Shown here in pieces: positions 1-12,818 of a DNA stretch of 57,822 nt. The first letter of the stretch is position 1; each line of letters begins with the position of its first letter. The notes under the pieces were generated by a model. The model saw only the letters and a program-made list of their open reading frames with translations, made no database searches and was not told the origin of the DNA. Made by a program: the position numbers and the translations under genes. The DNA comes from Vitrella brassicaformis CCMP3155. Its lineage: Eukaryota > Protista > Chromerida. The stretch is from positions 1 to 57,822 of the forward strand of contig CDMY01000524.1 of the NCBI GenBank assembly GCA_001179505.1. Direction: 5' to 3'.

Positions 1-43
1 ACACGACCACACAGCACAACGCCCACGGCTGATGTGTCCCGCA

Positions 44-1496
44 GGCGGCTGTCGGTGCATCGCCGTGTCGGTATGGTGTGGGCAGCCGCGTGCTGATGGT
101 GTCGGAGCGGAGAAGGGCCGACAAGTTCCAGTGGGTGGAGGCCGAGGTGTACAAAATGGAGCCGGCCGAGGATGTGCATCCGGGAGGTGGGTGGGATGAA
201 TGAGGAGTTTGAGCCGGTCGTGGTGCCCCACACCACAGCAGCATTCCATCAACTCCCTGACCTATACGCGGTAGGCACACACACACAGGACAGGCAGGGA
301 GAGAGAGGCGGTAGAATGGGAGCCGTGTGGCATCAAGGCGTGCACACATCCTGGTATGTGTGTGACTGTGCGTGTCATCAGGGAGGCCATGGGTTCCATT
401 ACTTCGACCATACTCCCCCGCAGCATCTCGTCCCTCTGCAAACCGTGGATGAGGTAGGCCTCTCATGCAGAGAAGCGGAAGTGACATCTGACGGGTAATG
501 TGCCGTTTTTCCCTGGGTGTGCAGGTTGATGCAGAGCGTTTCTGTGTGGACCCGAGCATCAAGCCGCGCGATGCCAAGGACCCGCTGTCCTTTCTGTCCC
601 TGCCGCCCTCCTTCATGCCCCCCCTCCCCACCGACATCATCACCACCACACTCCTCCCCCTGTGTGGCGGGCGGGAGACCCTCGCACTCAAGCTCAAGAG
701 CACCCTCTGCTGCACCTCCACTGAGGTCGGCAACGCTATCGGCTCCGCTGCGGTGTCGGCCATCGACAGCATCATTGAGACGAACGGCCTCACCTGCGTC
801 ATCGGCTACACCCCGCTGCGCCGGTCGACCGGTGTCCGTCGGCCATTCCGGCTGATCCGGCTGGACTACCTGATGGTGACGGGGGGCGACTGGACGGGCA
901 GCGTGCCGGTGCTGCGATTCGCCAAGAGCTGTGGACGAGTGCAGTCGCTGCCGATCGACCTGACCAATGGCGACCTGCAGGAGGTAGGCAGCAAGGCCAT
1001 CATCGACAGCCGCCCAGAGGCCATCCGCCAGTACAGCCTCTACAGCCACCGACTGAGCCCAGTTCACTACATGCAGCTGACGCGCAGGGCCGACGGGCGG
1101 GAGATGCTGGGTGGGCATGAGGTGACGGTGCACACCGACCAGACGGTGCCGGCTGTGTATCGAGATCGATTCGATGCCGCCGATCCCCCGTGCCGACGTG
1201 AGAGAGGGGAGGTCAAAGCACCACAGAGGAGGCAACTTGACCTGGACGGTGTCTGCCGCTGTGTGTCTGTGTGTCTGCAGACCTTGGTGACGACTTCGGC
1301 AGCTTCAGAGGACGGATCATCCTCAGGTACGCAGCGACACAAATGAGAGAACACAGCACACCAATGTGTCGTGTTGTCTGCCTTTTCGCTCCCTGCTCTT
1401 TCAGGTTGGAATTGGTGTCGTCCCGTTTGGTGTCGAGTCGGTCCTTGGATCCGCCCTCCGCCGAGCACGGTCGCATCGCTGGGCTCATTGACCAGC
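44..1496 (+). pseudogene. Family-1 copy A (alpha-type 5' end), frameshifted, truncated by gap
   Basis: Exons from 44 onward nearly match copy D (9727-11638). At ~171 a single A replaces the GCGGGACGCGGG of copy D (net -11 nt), giving TGA at 201-203. Main exon is in ORF 498-1346. First exon lies upstream of the window. A sequencing error is possible. Confidence 0.6.
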
Positions 1497-1796
1497 NNNN
1501 NNNNNNNNNNNNNNNNNNNNNNNNNNNNNNNNNNNNNNNNNNNNNNNNNNNNNNNNNNNNNNNNNNNNNNNNNNNNNNNNNNNNNNNNNNNNNNNNNNNN
1601 NNNNNNNNNNNNNNNNNNNNNNNNNNNNNNNNNNNNNNNNNNNNNNNNNNNNNNNNNNNNNNNNNNNNNNNNNNNNNNNNNNNNNNNNNNNNNNNNNNNN
1701 NNNNNNNNNNNNNNNNNNNNNNNNNNNNNNNNNNNNNNNNNNNNNNNNNNNNNNNNNNNNNNNNNNNNNNNNNNNNNNNNNNNNNNNNNNNNNNNN
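1497..1796. other. Assembly gap (300 N)
   Basis: Run of exactly 300 N, the same length as the other three gaps, so probably a placeholder. Confidence 0.98.
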
Positions 1797-1862
1797 ACGC
1801 AGCCATCGTCTGTCGACTGATGAATGGCCGTGGCTTCTTCTGCCTGTGTTTGTGTGATTCAG

Positions 1863-3531
1863 CTGGAGGGCCATTCCAAGACCTTCGCGCTGGTCACGCC
1901 AGACGATGACGAGGCCAATCCCGTCGCTGAGAAAACCACAGAGACCACTAGCACAGACAAGAAGGTAGGGCTGCTGCACCTAGTCCCCATTGCCATGACG
2001 GCCAATGTGTGGTGTGATGTGTGTGCAGGTTGAGGTCGATGCGAAGCGCCGCCGTGTTGACGCGCCCGTAGAGTCGTCTGGTGCTGCCCAGCCCGACCTG
2101 CCTGACCTGCCCACTGATGTCATGGGCGGCACCCTGCTGCCCCTCATCAGCGGCCACCGTGACGATCCCGCCACCCTCACCCCACAGCACACGATCGCCC
2201 TCTGCCGCACATCCGAGGCGGTCAGCAGCGCACTCGAGGCCGCCCTGGTCGCCGACATCGACAGCATCATCCGGCGCAACGGACTCACAGGCGTCATCGG
2301 CTACACCCCGCTGCGCCAGTCGAGCCATGGCAGTTGTCTGGTGCGCCGACTGCGATTGATCCGGCTTCACTACCTGATGGTGACGGGCGGCGACTGGCGG
2401 GGCAACGTGCCGGTGCTGCGGCTGGCCAAGAGCTGCCTTCCTCTCGGACGAGTGCAGCTGCCCATCGAGCTGACGGGTGACGACCTGCAGCACGTGGGCA
2501 GCAAAGCCGTCATCGACACCCGCCCAGAGGCCATCCGCCAGTACAGCCTCTACAGCCACCGACTGAGCCCAGTCCACTACATGCAGCTGACGCGCAGGGC
2601 CGACGGGCGGGAGATGCTGGGTGGGCATGAGGTGACGGTGCACACCGACCAGACGGTGCCGGCTGTGTATCGAGATCGATTCGATGCCGCCGATCCCCCG
2701 TGCCGACGTGAGAGAGGGGAGGTCAAAGCACCACAGAGGAGGCAACTTGACCTGGACGGTGTCTGCCGCTGTGTGTCTGTGTGTCTGCAGACCTTGGTGA
2801 CGACTTCGGCAGCTTCAGAGGACGGATCATCCTCAGGTACGCAGCGACACAAATGAGAGAACACAGCACACCAATGTGTCGCGTTGTCTGCCTTTTCGCT
2901 CCCTGCTCTTTCAGGTTGGAATTGGTGTCGTCCCGTTTGGTGTCGAGTCGGTCCTGGGATCCGCCCTCCGCCGAGCACGGTCGCATCGCTGGGCTCATTG
3001 ACCAGCAGCCGCCCGTGTGGGGCTGCCGCACCATCGACTACGGCCACACCGCTGGCTCCTGCCGAGTCGTCATTCTGTGTGGCGACGAGGAGGGCGACGA
3101 CTTCATGGCATGCATCATCATGGCCAAGTACCCTGGTGCGTCGGCACACATCGAGCTCCGCACCACCGAGGCGCCCCAGGGGTGCGGCAGTGGCCCTGCT
3201 GCCTTCCAGCGGGCAGTGGCCATCGCCCGCAACAAGCTGGGCGACGCCATCACGCTCCTCCCAAAGGTCAACGAGGCCATCACAACAGGTACACACGAAT
3301 GATAAGGGGCGGGAGACGCAGATACGCACACACATGGCATGGAGTGCGCCTTCGTGTCGCTCTGAATGTTAGGTGCGTTTGCGTCTTCGGCCACCGAGCG
3401 GCGACCGACCTTCCAGATCTTCTACATAAACATCCCAGGTCAGACACATAGACTCTCACGAACCAGTCTCCACATTGTCTCCATTTACATGCAGGCAGGA
3501 CCAGAACGCTGGACGTCCACCCCAGCGACAC
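1863..3531 (+). CDS. Family-1 copy B (beta-type 5' end) with start of C-terminal ubiquitin-like domain; partial
   Basis: Spliced exons LEGHSKTF..DKK | VEVDAKRRR..DPPCR | [16 protein letters not shown] | LELVSS..NEAITT | [16 protein letters not shown] | [12 protein letters not shown], all GT-AG and in frame. Both ends run into gaps. Confidence 0.75.
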
Positions 3532-3831
3532 NNNNNNNNNNNNNNNNNNNNNNNNNNNNNNNNNNNNNNNNNNNNNNNNNNNNNNNNNNNNNNNNNNNNN
3601 NNNNNNNNNNNNNNNNNNNNNNNNNNNNNNNNNNNNNNNNNNNNNNNNNNNNNNNNNNNNNNNNNNNNNNNNNNNNNNNNNNNNNNNNNNNNNNNNNNNN
3701 NNNNNNNNNNNNNNNNNNNNNNNNNNNNNNNNNNNNNNNNNNNNNNNNNNNNNNNNNNNNNNNNNNNNNNNNNNNNNNNNNNNNNNNNNNNNNNNNNNNN
3801 NNNNNNNNNNNNNNNNNNNNNNNNNNNNNNN
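3532..3831. other. Assembly gap (300 N)
   Basis: Exactly 300 N. Confidence 0.98.
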
Positions 3832-4910
3832 CGACGGGCGGGAGATGCTGGGTGGGCATGAGGTGACGGTGCACACCGACCAGACGGTGCCGGCTGTGTA
3901 TCGAGATCGATTCGATGCCGCCGATCCCCCGTGCCGACGTGAGAGAGGGGAGGTCAAAGCACCACAGAGGAGGCAACTTGACCTGGACGGTGTCTGCCGC
4001 TGTGTGTCTGTGTGTCTGCAGACCTTGGTGACGACTTCGGCAGCTTCAGAGGACGGATCATCCTCAGGTACGCAGCGACACAAATGAGAGAACACAGCAC
4101 ACCAATGTGTCGTGTTGTCTGCCTTTTCGCTCCCTGCTCTTTCAGGTTGGAATTGGTGTCGTCCCGTTTGGTGTCGAGTCGGTCCTTGGATCCGCCCTCC
4201 GCCGAGCACGGTCGCATCGCTGGGCTCATTGACCAGCAGCCGCCCGTGTGGGGCTGCCGCACCATCGACTACGGCCACACCGCTGGCTCCTGCCGAGTCG
4301 TCATTCTGTGTGGCGACGAGGAGGGCGACGACTTCATGGCATGCATCATCATGGCCAAGTACCCTGGTGCGTCGGCACACATCGAGCTCCGCACCACCGA
4401 GGCGCCCCAGGGGTGCGCCAGTGGTCATGCTGCCTTCCACCGGGCAGTGGCCATCGCCCGCAACAAGACGGGCGACGCCATCACGCTACTCCCAAAGGTC
4501 AACGAGGCCATCACAACAGGTACACACGAATGATAAGGGGCGGGAGACGCAGATACGCACACACATGGCATGGAGTGCGCCTTCGTGTCGCTCTGAATGT
4601 TAGGTGCGTTTGCGTCTTCGGCCACCGAGCGGCGACCGACCTTCCAGATCTTCTACATAAACATCCCAGGTCAGACACATAGACTCTCACGAACCAGTCT
4701 CCACATTGTCTCCATTTACATGCAGGCAGGACCAGAACGCTGGACGTCCACCCCAGCGACACCATCGAGAGCGTCAAGGCCAAGATTGAGGAGAAGGAGG
4801 ACATTCACCCCGGCCACCAGCGACTCATCTATGGCTGCAAGCAGCTCGAGAACGGCCGCACCCTGTCGGACTACAACATCCAGAAGGAGAGCACACTGTT
4901 CCTGTATTAG
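3832..4910 (+). CDS. Family-1 3' fragment E ending in a complete ubiquitin-like domain
   Basis: Same exon chain as copy B; introns at 4520-4603 and 4670-4725; ends ...[16 protein letters not shown] (4908-4913). Confidence 0.8.
4642..4910 (+). other. Ubiquitin-like domain lacking LRLRGG
   Basis: Spliced [70 protein letters not shown] matches ubiquitin residues 1-70 at 47/70 positions by manual alignment. Confidence 0.92.
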
Positions 4911-5231
4911 TAGGTATGCATTGGACCGACCTTGGTTGGCTCCCTCCGTTGAATGTTCATTTGAGGTGTGATTGATGTATACGCAGCGTCGCTTTTCAAA
5001 ACTTCTTCTCTTTGCATCTATGTACTTGACGGATTCAATCCGTGTGTTGGTCGCTTCGGTCACATCATCCTTCACCCTTTACTGACCCCAGACACGCCAA
5101 CTATACAGACACACAGATCAACCAGCCAGACAGCCAGGTGCATGTTTGTCATCCGTCATTCACACACACACATACATCATTCACACACATACGCGATGAA
5201 AACTATCAAAGGACTAACTGATGTGGGGGGA

Positions 5232-5531
5232 NNNNNNNNNNNNNNNNNNNNNNNNNNNNNNNNNNNNNNNNNNNNNNNNNNNNNNNNNNNNNNNNNNNNN
5301 NNNNNNNNNNNNNNNNNNNNNNNNNNNNNNNNNNNNNNNNNNNNNNNNNNNNNNNNNNNNNNNNNNNNNNNNNNNNNNNNNNNNNNNNNNNNNNNNNNNN
5401 NNNNNNNNNNNNNNNNNNNNNNNNNNNNNNNNNNNNNNNNNNNNNNNNNNNNNNNNNNNNNNNNNNNNNNNNNNNNNNNNNNNNNNNNNNNNNNNNNNNN
5501 NNNNNNNNNNNNNNNNNNNNNNNNNNNNNNN
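5232..5531. other. Assembly gap (300 N)
   Basis: Exactly 300 N. Confidence 0.98.
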
Positions 5532-7097
5532 CCGAATGCACCGCACCAATCGGCCGCTCCTCTCCCCTCTCCCATCTGCCGTAACAGTGAGTGGACTGCC
5601 CGGACACGCAATGCGTCCAGCACATGCATTGATTTGTTTCCTTATTGGTGTGTTTATCACATGCGTGGTCGGTCAGGTTTTGTGGTGATTGAATCTGTCC
5701 ACCCTAGACGGGCGTCTGCTCCAGTGATGCCACCGGATGAGCCGGTGGGTGAGCCGGGGTTTGGAAGAGGCAGAGAGACACACTCGGGTTCCTTTCTGTT
5801 TGTCCAGTCTTTCTCTCTCAGGAGTGATCGCTGCCGTCATTATATTTTGCGGATCGTTCTCTGCTGTTATGCGGCTGCCTGCTGTTTTCTCTCTCTCCCC
5901 CACCTGTCGCCAGTACGTCCCTCCTTCGAGTGTGCACCTCTCCCTGCGCACACAATGACCCCACCGCCCCACCCCAAACGGCACCACTCTACCCAAGAAC
6001 AGGTGCGCTCACACACACATACACACGCACACACACCTGGATCATGTCTGTTTGTCTTTGTGTGTTGCTGTGTGTGCTGGCCGCAATCTCCTCGCCGTCG
6101 CCCACCCCACCCCACTCGCCCATCTCAATCAGTCGTCGTTGCGCCCCTGACCCTCCCCCGTCTATCCATGGCGCACGTGGTTGTGTTTTCTCAATACTGT
6201 GGATGGACGGGGTCACGGCCAGCTAAGCTGCCACCGCAGACACACACGCACATGGCGTAGTGAGACCGCACACCTTGTGTGTGGCAAACACACACAGACA
6301 AACGGGATGGATGGATGGATGTGACCCCCTCCCCCACACCGCTGTCTGGGCAATGGGAGTCGGTGACCACACCCACGCACCGGTAAGCGGGAATGGAGGG
6401 AGTCTGAGACACAGTGTATGGCCGCAGAGGGGGGCATGCGCAATACAAACCATTTCGACGTGTTGGCATGTGGTTCACTGTGTGTTGTGGTGCAGGCGGG
6501 GAATGCACAGAGGAGGGTGGGCATCGTTGCCTACATTTTATATCTGGTGCTCCCTTGCTTGATTGGTGCGTACTAGTGGTGAACATCAAAGTGTTCTGCA
6601 GAGACCTTGTCAGTCTGATTGACCGCCCAGCTCTCTAGTGAGGACGGGATGGGGGGCGAGCGACTGACGCAGCTGATGTGGAGCTGCTTGTTGTGGTGGT
6701 GCATGTCATTGGTCGGCTGCCAGCGGATGGACAGCGGGATGAGATAAACACAAGACTTTGAGTGATTGCGTCAAGAGAGAATTGAAAAACGGCACACACA
6801 CGTCGGCTACCAATCCATCCATCGACTGCACACACAGTCTGCACTGATCCATCTGTCAACCCATCGCCAACTCAACTCGCCACCCCCACTACCCTCTCGG
6901 TCGGTCAACAGACAGCTACCGTTCCCCACGTCGGTCAGTCGGCTGACGACGCCTCGCAATGCAGACAGACAGATTGATGGTGTGGCGGCTGATGCGGACA
7001 CACCAAACAAAGGAGAGGGAGGGGAGAGCAGACATGCACCAAGATTGCATCGATACCTTCTTCCCTCATGTGTGTCGTGTCATCCGTCCGACCTCCG

Positions 7098-9370
7098 TCA
7101 GATGGCCCAGATGGCCGGCAGCAGCTCCAGGGAGGGGCCGTCCATCTTGTTGCGGGCCTTGGCCACTGCTCGCGGGAAGGCAGCAGGGCCCTCGCCGCCC
7201 CGGGGTAACTCGGTGGTGCGGAGGGAGATGGATGCGAACCCATCATACCACTTGATCATCCTGATTGATGCCACGAAGTCGTCGCCCTCCTCGTCGCCAT
7301 GCAGTACGACGAGTCGGTATAAGGTGCCGATGGTGCTGTAGTCGATGGTGCGGCGGTCCCACACGGGCGGCGGCTGGGCCGTCAGGGCATCGATGCGACC
7401 ACACTCAGCAGAGGGCGGATGCCCGTTGTGAAAACGGTTCGACGACACAGGACTCGACGGATTCCCTGTCATCCTGAAAGAGCAAGGAGCGAAAAGGCAG
7501 ACAACACAACACATTGGTGTGTCGTGTTCTCTCATTTGTGTCGCTGCGCACCTGTCGACGATTAGTCCCCTGAAGCTGCTGTAGTCGTAACCACCGCCTG
7601 CAGACACACAGACACACAGCGGCAGACACCATCCAGGTCAAGTTGCCTCCTCTGTGGTGCTTTGACCTCCCCTCTCTCACGTCGGCACGGGGGATCGGCC
7701 GCATCAAAGCGATTTCGGTACTCAGCCGGCACCGTCTGGTCGGTGTGCACCGTCACCACATACTCGCCCATCATCTCCCGCCTCAGCCGCATGTTGTCAC
7801 CCAGTCGGTGGCTGAAGAGGGCGTACTGGCGGATGGCCTCTGGGCGGCTGTCGATGACGGCTTTGCTGCCCACGTGCTGCAGGTCGTCACCCGTCAGCTC
7901 GACGGGCAGCTGCTGCACTCGTCCGAGAGGAAGGCAGCTCTTGGCCAGCCGCAGCAGCGGCATGTTGCCCCGCCAGTCGCCGCCCGTCACCATCAGGTAG
8001 TGCAGGCGGATCAGTCGGAATGGACGACGGACGCTGGTCGACTGGCGCAGCGGGGTGAAGCCGATGACGCCACTGAGTCCGTTGCGCCGGATGATGCTGT
8101 CGATGTCGGCGACCAGGGCGGCCTCGACTGTGCTGCTGACCGCCTCGGATGTGCGGCAGAGGGCGATCGTGTGCTGTGGGGTGAGGGTGGCGGGATCGTC
8201 ACGGTGGCTGCTGATGAGGGGCAGCAGGGTGCCGCCCATGACATCAGTGGGCAGGTCAGGCAGGTCGGGCTGGGCAGCACCAGACGACTCTACGGGCGCG
8301 TCAACACGGCGGCGCTTCGCATCGACCTCAACCTGCACACACATCACACCACACATTGGCCGTCATGGCAATGGGGACTAGGTGCAGCAGCCCTACCTTC
8401 TTGTTTGTGCTAGTGGTCTCTGTGGTTTTCTCAGCGACGGGATTGGCCTCGTCATCGTCTGGCGTGACCAGCGCGAAGGTCTTGGAATGGCCCTCCAGCT
8501 GAATCACACAAACACAGGCAGAAGAAGCCACGGCCATTCATCAGTCGACAGACGATGGCTGCGTGGACCTCTCTGTGGAAACGTACCAGTGCTACTCCGT
8601 TCAGTCGGCCGAGTGCTCTACAGAACTCTAAAGTGGCGCTCTCGATCATCGCCAGCCGACTCTCAGCAACAGAGCCCTGCACACAGACCACAGACCACTC
8701 GTTTATTGTGCAACGGACGTGTTGACTCACCGACCTTCGCAGCGNNNNNNNNNNNNNNNNNNNNNNNNNNNNNNNNNNNNNNNNNNNNNNNNNNNNNNNN
8801 NNNNNNNNNNNNNNNNNNNNNNNNNNNNNNNNNNNNNNNNNNNNNNNNNNNNNNNNNNNNNNNNNNNNNNNNNNNNNNNNNNNNNNNNNNNNNNNNNNNN
8901 NNNNNNNNNNNNNNNNNNNNNNNNNNNNNNNNNNNNNNNNNNNNNNNNNNNNNNNNNNNNNNNNNNNNNNNNNNNNNNNNNNNNNNNNNNNNNNNNNNNN
9001 NNNNNNNNNNNNNNNNNNNNNNNNNNNNNNNNNNNNNNNNNNNNACAACTGACCCTTCTCTCTCCCACCCTCCCTCCCTCCCTCCCTCCCTTCCTCTCCC
9101 AACCAGTCAGCCCACCAGCAGCAGCAGCTGATGCCGATGTGCTGTTCATAGTGCCACCCGCTGTCCTCACGGCAACCAACACGACGCCTGAAGACCACCG
9201 CACCATGGCGCAGTGAGTGTGCGTCGTGCATCCGTCTGTCATCTCTCGTGCTGTGCTTACCGGTGGAAAGGCAGCGACTGGACGAGCAAGCAAATCAGTC
9301 AAACGATGAGTGAATGAGCCAATCAATGGCGCCGCACCCGTCAACCGTGGGAGCTGCAGACACACACGTG
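7098..9370 (-). CDS. Family-1 copy C (beta-type 5' end), inverted, no ubiquitin domain
   Basis: About 7880-8563 is a near-identical reverse complement of about 1797-2500. Main exon in ORF 7562-8356, micro-exon RGGYDYSSFRGLIVDR, last exon ends LLPAIWAI* at 7098. Upstream exons (GSVAESRL..., LPRLTGAAPL...) flank the gap; the start is uncertain. Confidence 0.7.
8745..9044. other. Assembly gap (300 N)
   Basis: Exactly 300 N. Confidence 0.98.
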
Positions 9371-9726
9371 CAGAGGGAGGTGAAATCATCCCTCAGGCCT
9401 CTCCCTCTCTCAATGTGCGCCATCGGTGTCTGACCGTGTCCTTTCCGCGTGTGTCGATGCCATCCGAACGCTACAAAGGGGCGATCCGCCACACACAGCG
9501 CAGCACAGATGTGATTGGGAAAATGAACCATCGCCGTCGCTTCATCTCAGTGTTTTCGCACCTTCGACGTCGCAAAGGCCACAGGACCGTGCCGCAGCCT
9601 CTAAAGGGCCCGTGCGCCAATTGCGAGCTAATTGCGAGCTTGAAGCCAAAGAGCTCCAGTGAGTGAGGGGGGTGCAGTGAGTGAGTGTAGATCTGGAGTG
9701 AGTGTAGATCTCGTTCTATCGTCACG

Positions 9727-11638
9727 ATGGCATCGTCGAGCTCTTCCGGCCAAATGACTCATCCACAGGTGAGAGCAGAACAGCACACGACCGAACAGCA
9801 CACGACCACACAGCACAACGCCCACGGCTGATGTGTCCCGCAGGCGGCTGTCGGTGCATCGCCGTGTCGGTATCGTGTGGGCAGCCGCGTGCTGATGGTG
9901 TCGGAGCGGAGAAGGGACGACAAGTTCCAGTGGGTGGAGGCCGAGGTGTACAAAATCGAGCCGGCCGAGGGCGGGACGCGGGTGTGCATCCGGGAGGTGG
10001 GTGGGATGAATGAGGAGTTTGAGCCGGTCGTGGTGCCCCACACCACAGCAGCATTCCAACAACTCCCTGACCTATACGCGGTAGGCACGCACACACAGGA
10101 CAGGCAGGGAGAGAGAGGCGGTAGAATGGGAGCCGTGTGGCATCAAGGCGTGCACACATCCTGGTATGTGTGTGACTGTGCGTGTCATCAGGGAGGCCAT
10201 GGATTCCATTACTTCGACCATACTCCCCCGCAGCATCTCATCCCTCTGCAAACCGTGGATGAGGTAGGTCTATCATGCGGAGAAGCGGAAGTGACATCTG
10301 GCGGGTAATGTGCCGTTTTTCCCTGGGTGTTCAGGCTGATGCGGAGCGTTTCTGTGTGGACCCGAGCATCAAGCCGCGCGATGCCGAGGACCCGCTGTCC
10401 CTCCTGTTCCTGCCGCCCTCCTTCATGCCCCCCCTCCCCACCGACATCATCACCACCACACTCCTCCCCCTGTGTGGCGGGCGGGAGACCCTCGCACTCA
10501 AGCTCAAGAGCACCCTCTGCTGCACATCCACTGAGGTCGGCAACGCTATCGGCTCCGCTGCGGTGTCGGCCATCGACAGCATCATCGAGACGAACGGCCT
10601 CACCTGCGTCATCGGCTACACCCCGCTGCGCCGGTCGACCGGTGTCCGTCGGCCATTCCGACTGATCCGGCTGGACTACCTGATGGTGACGGGGGGCGAC
10701 TGGACGGGCAGCGTGCCGGTGCTGCGATTCGCCAAGAGCTGTGGACGAGTGCAGTCGCTGCCGATCGACCTGACCAATGACGACCTGCAGGAGGTAGGCA
10801 GCAAGGCCATCATCGACAGCCGCCCAGAGGCCATCCGCCAGTACGCCCTCTTCAGCCACCGGCTGGGTGACAGGATGCGGCTGAGGCGGGAGATGATGGG
10901 CGAGTATGTGGTGACGGTGCACACACGGCAGACGGTGCCGGCTGAGTACCGAGATCGCTTTGATGCGGCCGATCCCCCGTGCCGATGTGAGAGAGGGGAG
11001 GGCAAAGCACCACAGGAAAGGCAACTTGACATGGATGGTCTCTGCCGCTGTGTGTGTGTGTGCCTGCAGACAATGGTGACGACTTCGGCAGCTTCACAGG
11101 ACTGGTCATCCTTTGGTACGTAGCGACTGAAATGAGAGAACACGACACACCGATGTGTCGTGTTGTCTGCCTTTTCGCTGCTTGCTCTTTCAGGTTGGCC
11201 GTGCTGTCGTCGCGTGAGGTGTCGTATCGGTCCTACAGTCGGTACTCTGCTGGGTATCGTCGCATCGGTGGCCTGATCGACCAGCAGTCGCCCCTGTGGG
11301 GCGGCTGCCGCACCGTCTACGGCTTCTCAGGCCGACTCGTCATACTGTGTGGCGACAGGGAGGGCGACGACTTTGCGGCCTGCATCAGGATGTTCAAGTA
11401 TTCTGGTGGGTCGGCACGCATCATCATGACCGAGTGGCATGATGTGTGGGCATCCATCTCCCTCCACACCACCGAGGCGCCCCAGGGGTGCGGCAGTGGC
11501 CCTGCTGCCTTCCAGCGGGCAGTGGCCATCGCCCGCAACAAGCTGGGCGACGCCATCACACTACTTCCAAAGGTCAACGAGGCCATCACAACAGGTATAC
11601 ACATACGAGAACTCCAGATGAGCCCAAGACAAGAGTGA
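9727..11638 (+). CDS. Family-1 copy D (alpha-type), apparently complete, no ubiquitin exon found
   Basis: Exons 9727-9768, 9844-10080, 10192-10263, 10335-10986, 11070-11115 and 11194 onward join in frame with GT-AG. Sequence after the AG/GT at 11594 is unrelated to the ubiquitin exons; read-through stop at 11636-11638. Confidence 0.75.
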
Positions 11639-12818
11639 GACTGTCCCTTGTTTCATGACGGCAGCTGGCGGGTTGACTGAGATGGAGTCGGACAGCGGCA
11701 CGCACGACATCGGAAGCGGCTGACGTGCAGTGGGGCGGCAACGGCCACTGCACGTGGAGGAGTGAGTGTTGGGGGCCGTGGCGGGCGTGTGCAGCGGTGG
11801 GGTGGCATTGGAGGTAGCTGGGGTGCAGCCGCTGGGCGGCAGCAGAGGGGAGGCAACACACCAGGAGGGGAGGGCGATGCGGCACCCCTCCTCGTAGCCA
11901 ATCGACCCCTCAGTCCATGCTGTCTCTCGTCATGCTGTCTATCGTGCTGTGTACCGAGCCCAGCCTGACTTGCGCTTCTAGCCTTTATGTCAGTGTCCAT
12001 ACGTGTGCGTGTGGGATCCATTCACACGAGTGAGTGACTCATTGGATAGCTGGTGCATGCCTTGGCATCAACGCATACTCATGTCAGGCAACAGTTGACA
12101 TGCGACGTACGTAAAAGGGGCAAAAACGTACAAACCAATACACACATCACACAACTCGACTTTCCCCTCTCCCTGTCCCTCTCCCAACGGTCCTTTCCTT
12201 ATCTTTATCCATCCATCCATCCATCCGGCCAGCAATGGCTACGTGCTGGCAGCCGAATTGCATGTAGGGAGTATCCAGAATGGGACAAAAACAAGTTGGA
12301 GATGTGGGCGGGGGCGGGTGTGTGGTTGTGTGGGTGCCATGTGTCGCTCTCTCCGTCCTTTTCTGCCCTTTCTGTTTCTGTGTGTGTGTGTGTGTGTGTG
12401 TTTGGTGGGGCGGCAAAAGTCAGCTCAAGTGACGCAACACAACGCGGCAGGCAGGCCAATGGGAGAGAGGGGAGAGAGAGAAGCCAGGAGCTAGCTACGG
12501 GAGAGCGAGCGACACTTTCTGCTGGGTTGTCTGGCTGGCACCGACACACCAACCCACGCCCCACACCGCACACACACAAACGTCCCTTGTCCGGCGGTCC
12601 ATCCATCCATTCGGCTGCACAAGACACTGGCACACGAAGCACAAGACATCCCATATCAGTGCACAAACCAAAGGAAAGACACACACGCCACGCCACATCT
12701 GCACACACACCCACGCATACGCACATGCAGATCCGGTCTGTCTCTGAGCCAGCCATCGAGGGTGGGAATCTCTATCTACGAGTGTGTGGGTGTGGGTGTG
12801 GGGTGTGTGTGTGAGCAC

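Noticed and set aside
1213-1346. Peptide [30 protein letters not shown] as coding sequence, and a Cys-rich motif in it
   Set aside because: It is intron read-through. GTGAGA..TGTCTGCAG is an intron, and only splicing keeps the next exons in frame in all copies.
1091-4237. Counting fragment E as an independent fifth gene copy
   Set aside because: 3832-4237 appears identical to 1091-1496, including sites where copy B differs, and both abut placeholder gaps. A and E may be one locus split by the assembler, so copy number is uncertain.
5532-7000. Possible small gene between the repeat copies
   Set aside because: No coherent exon chain or recognisable motif; mostly CA/GT and GGAT simple repeats.
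1213-9389. Long ORFs containing X runs
   Set aside because: Artefacts of translating through N gaps.
11640-12800. Short ORFs with THTHT/CVCV peptides
   Set aside because: Translations of (CA)n/(GT)n microsatellites.
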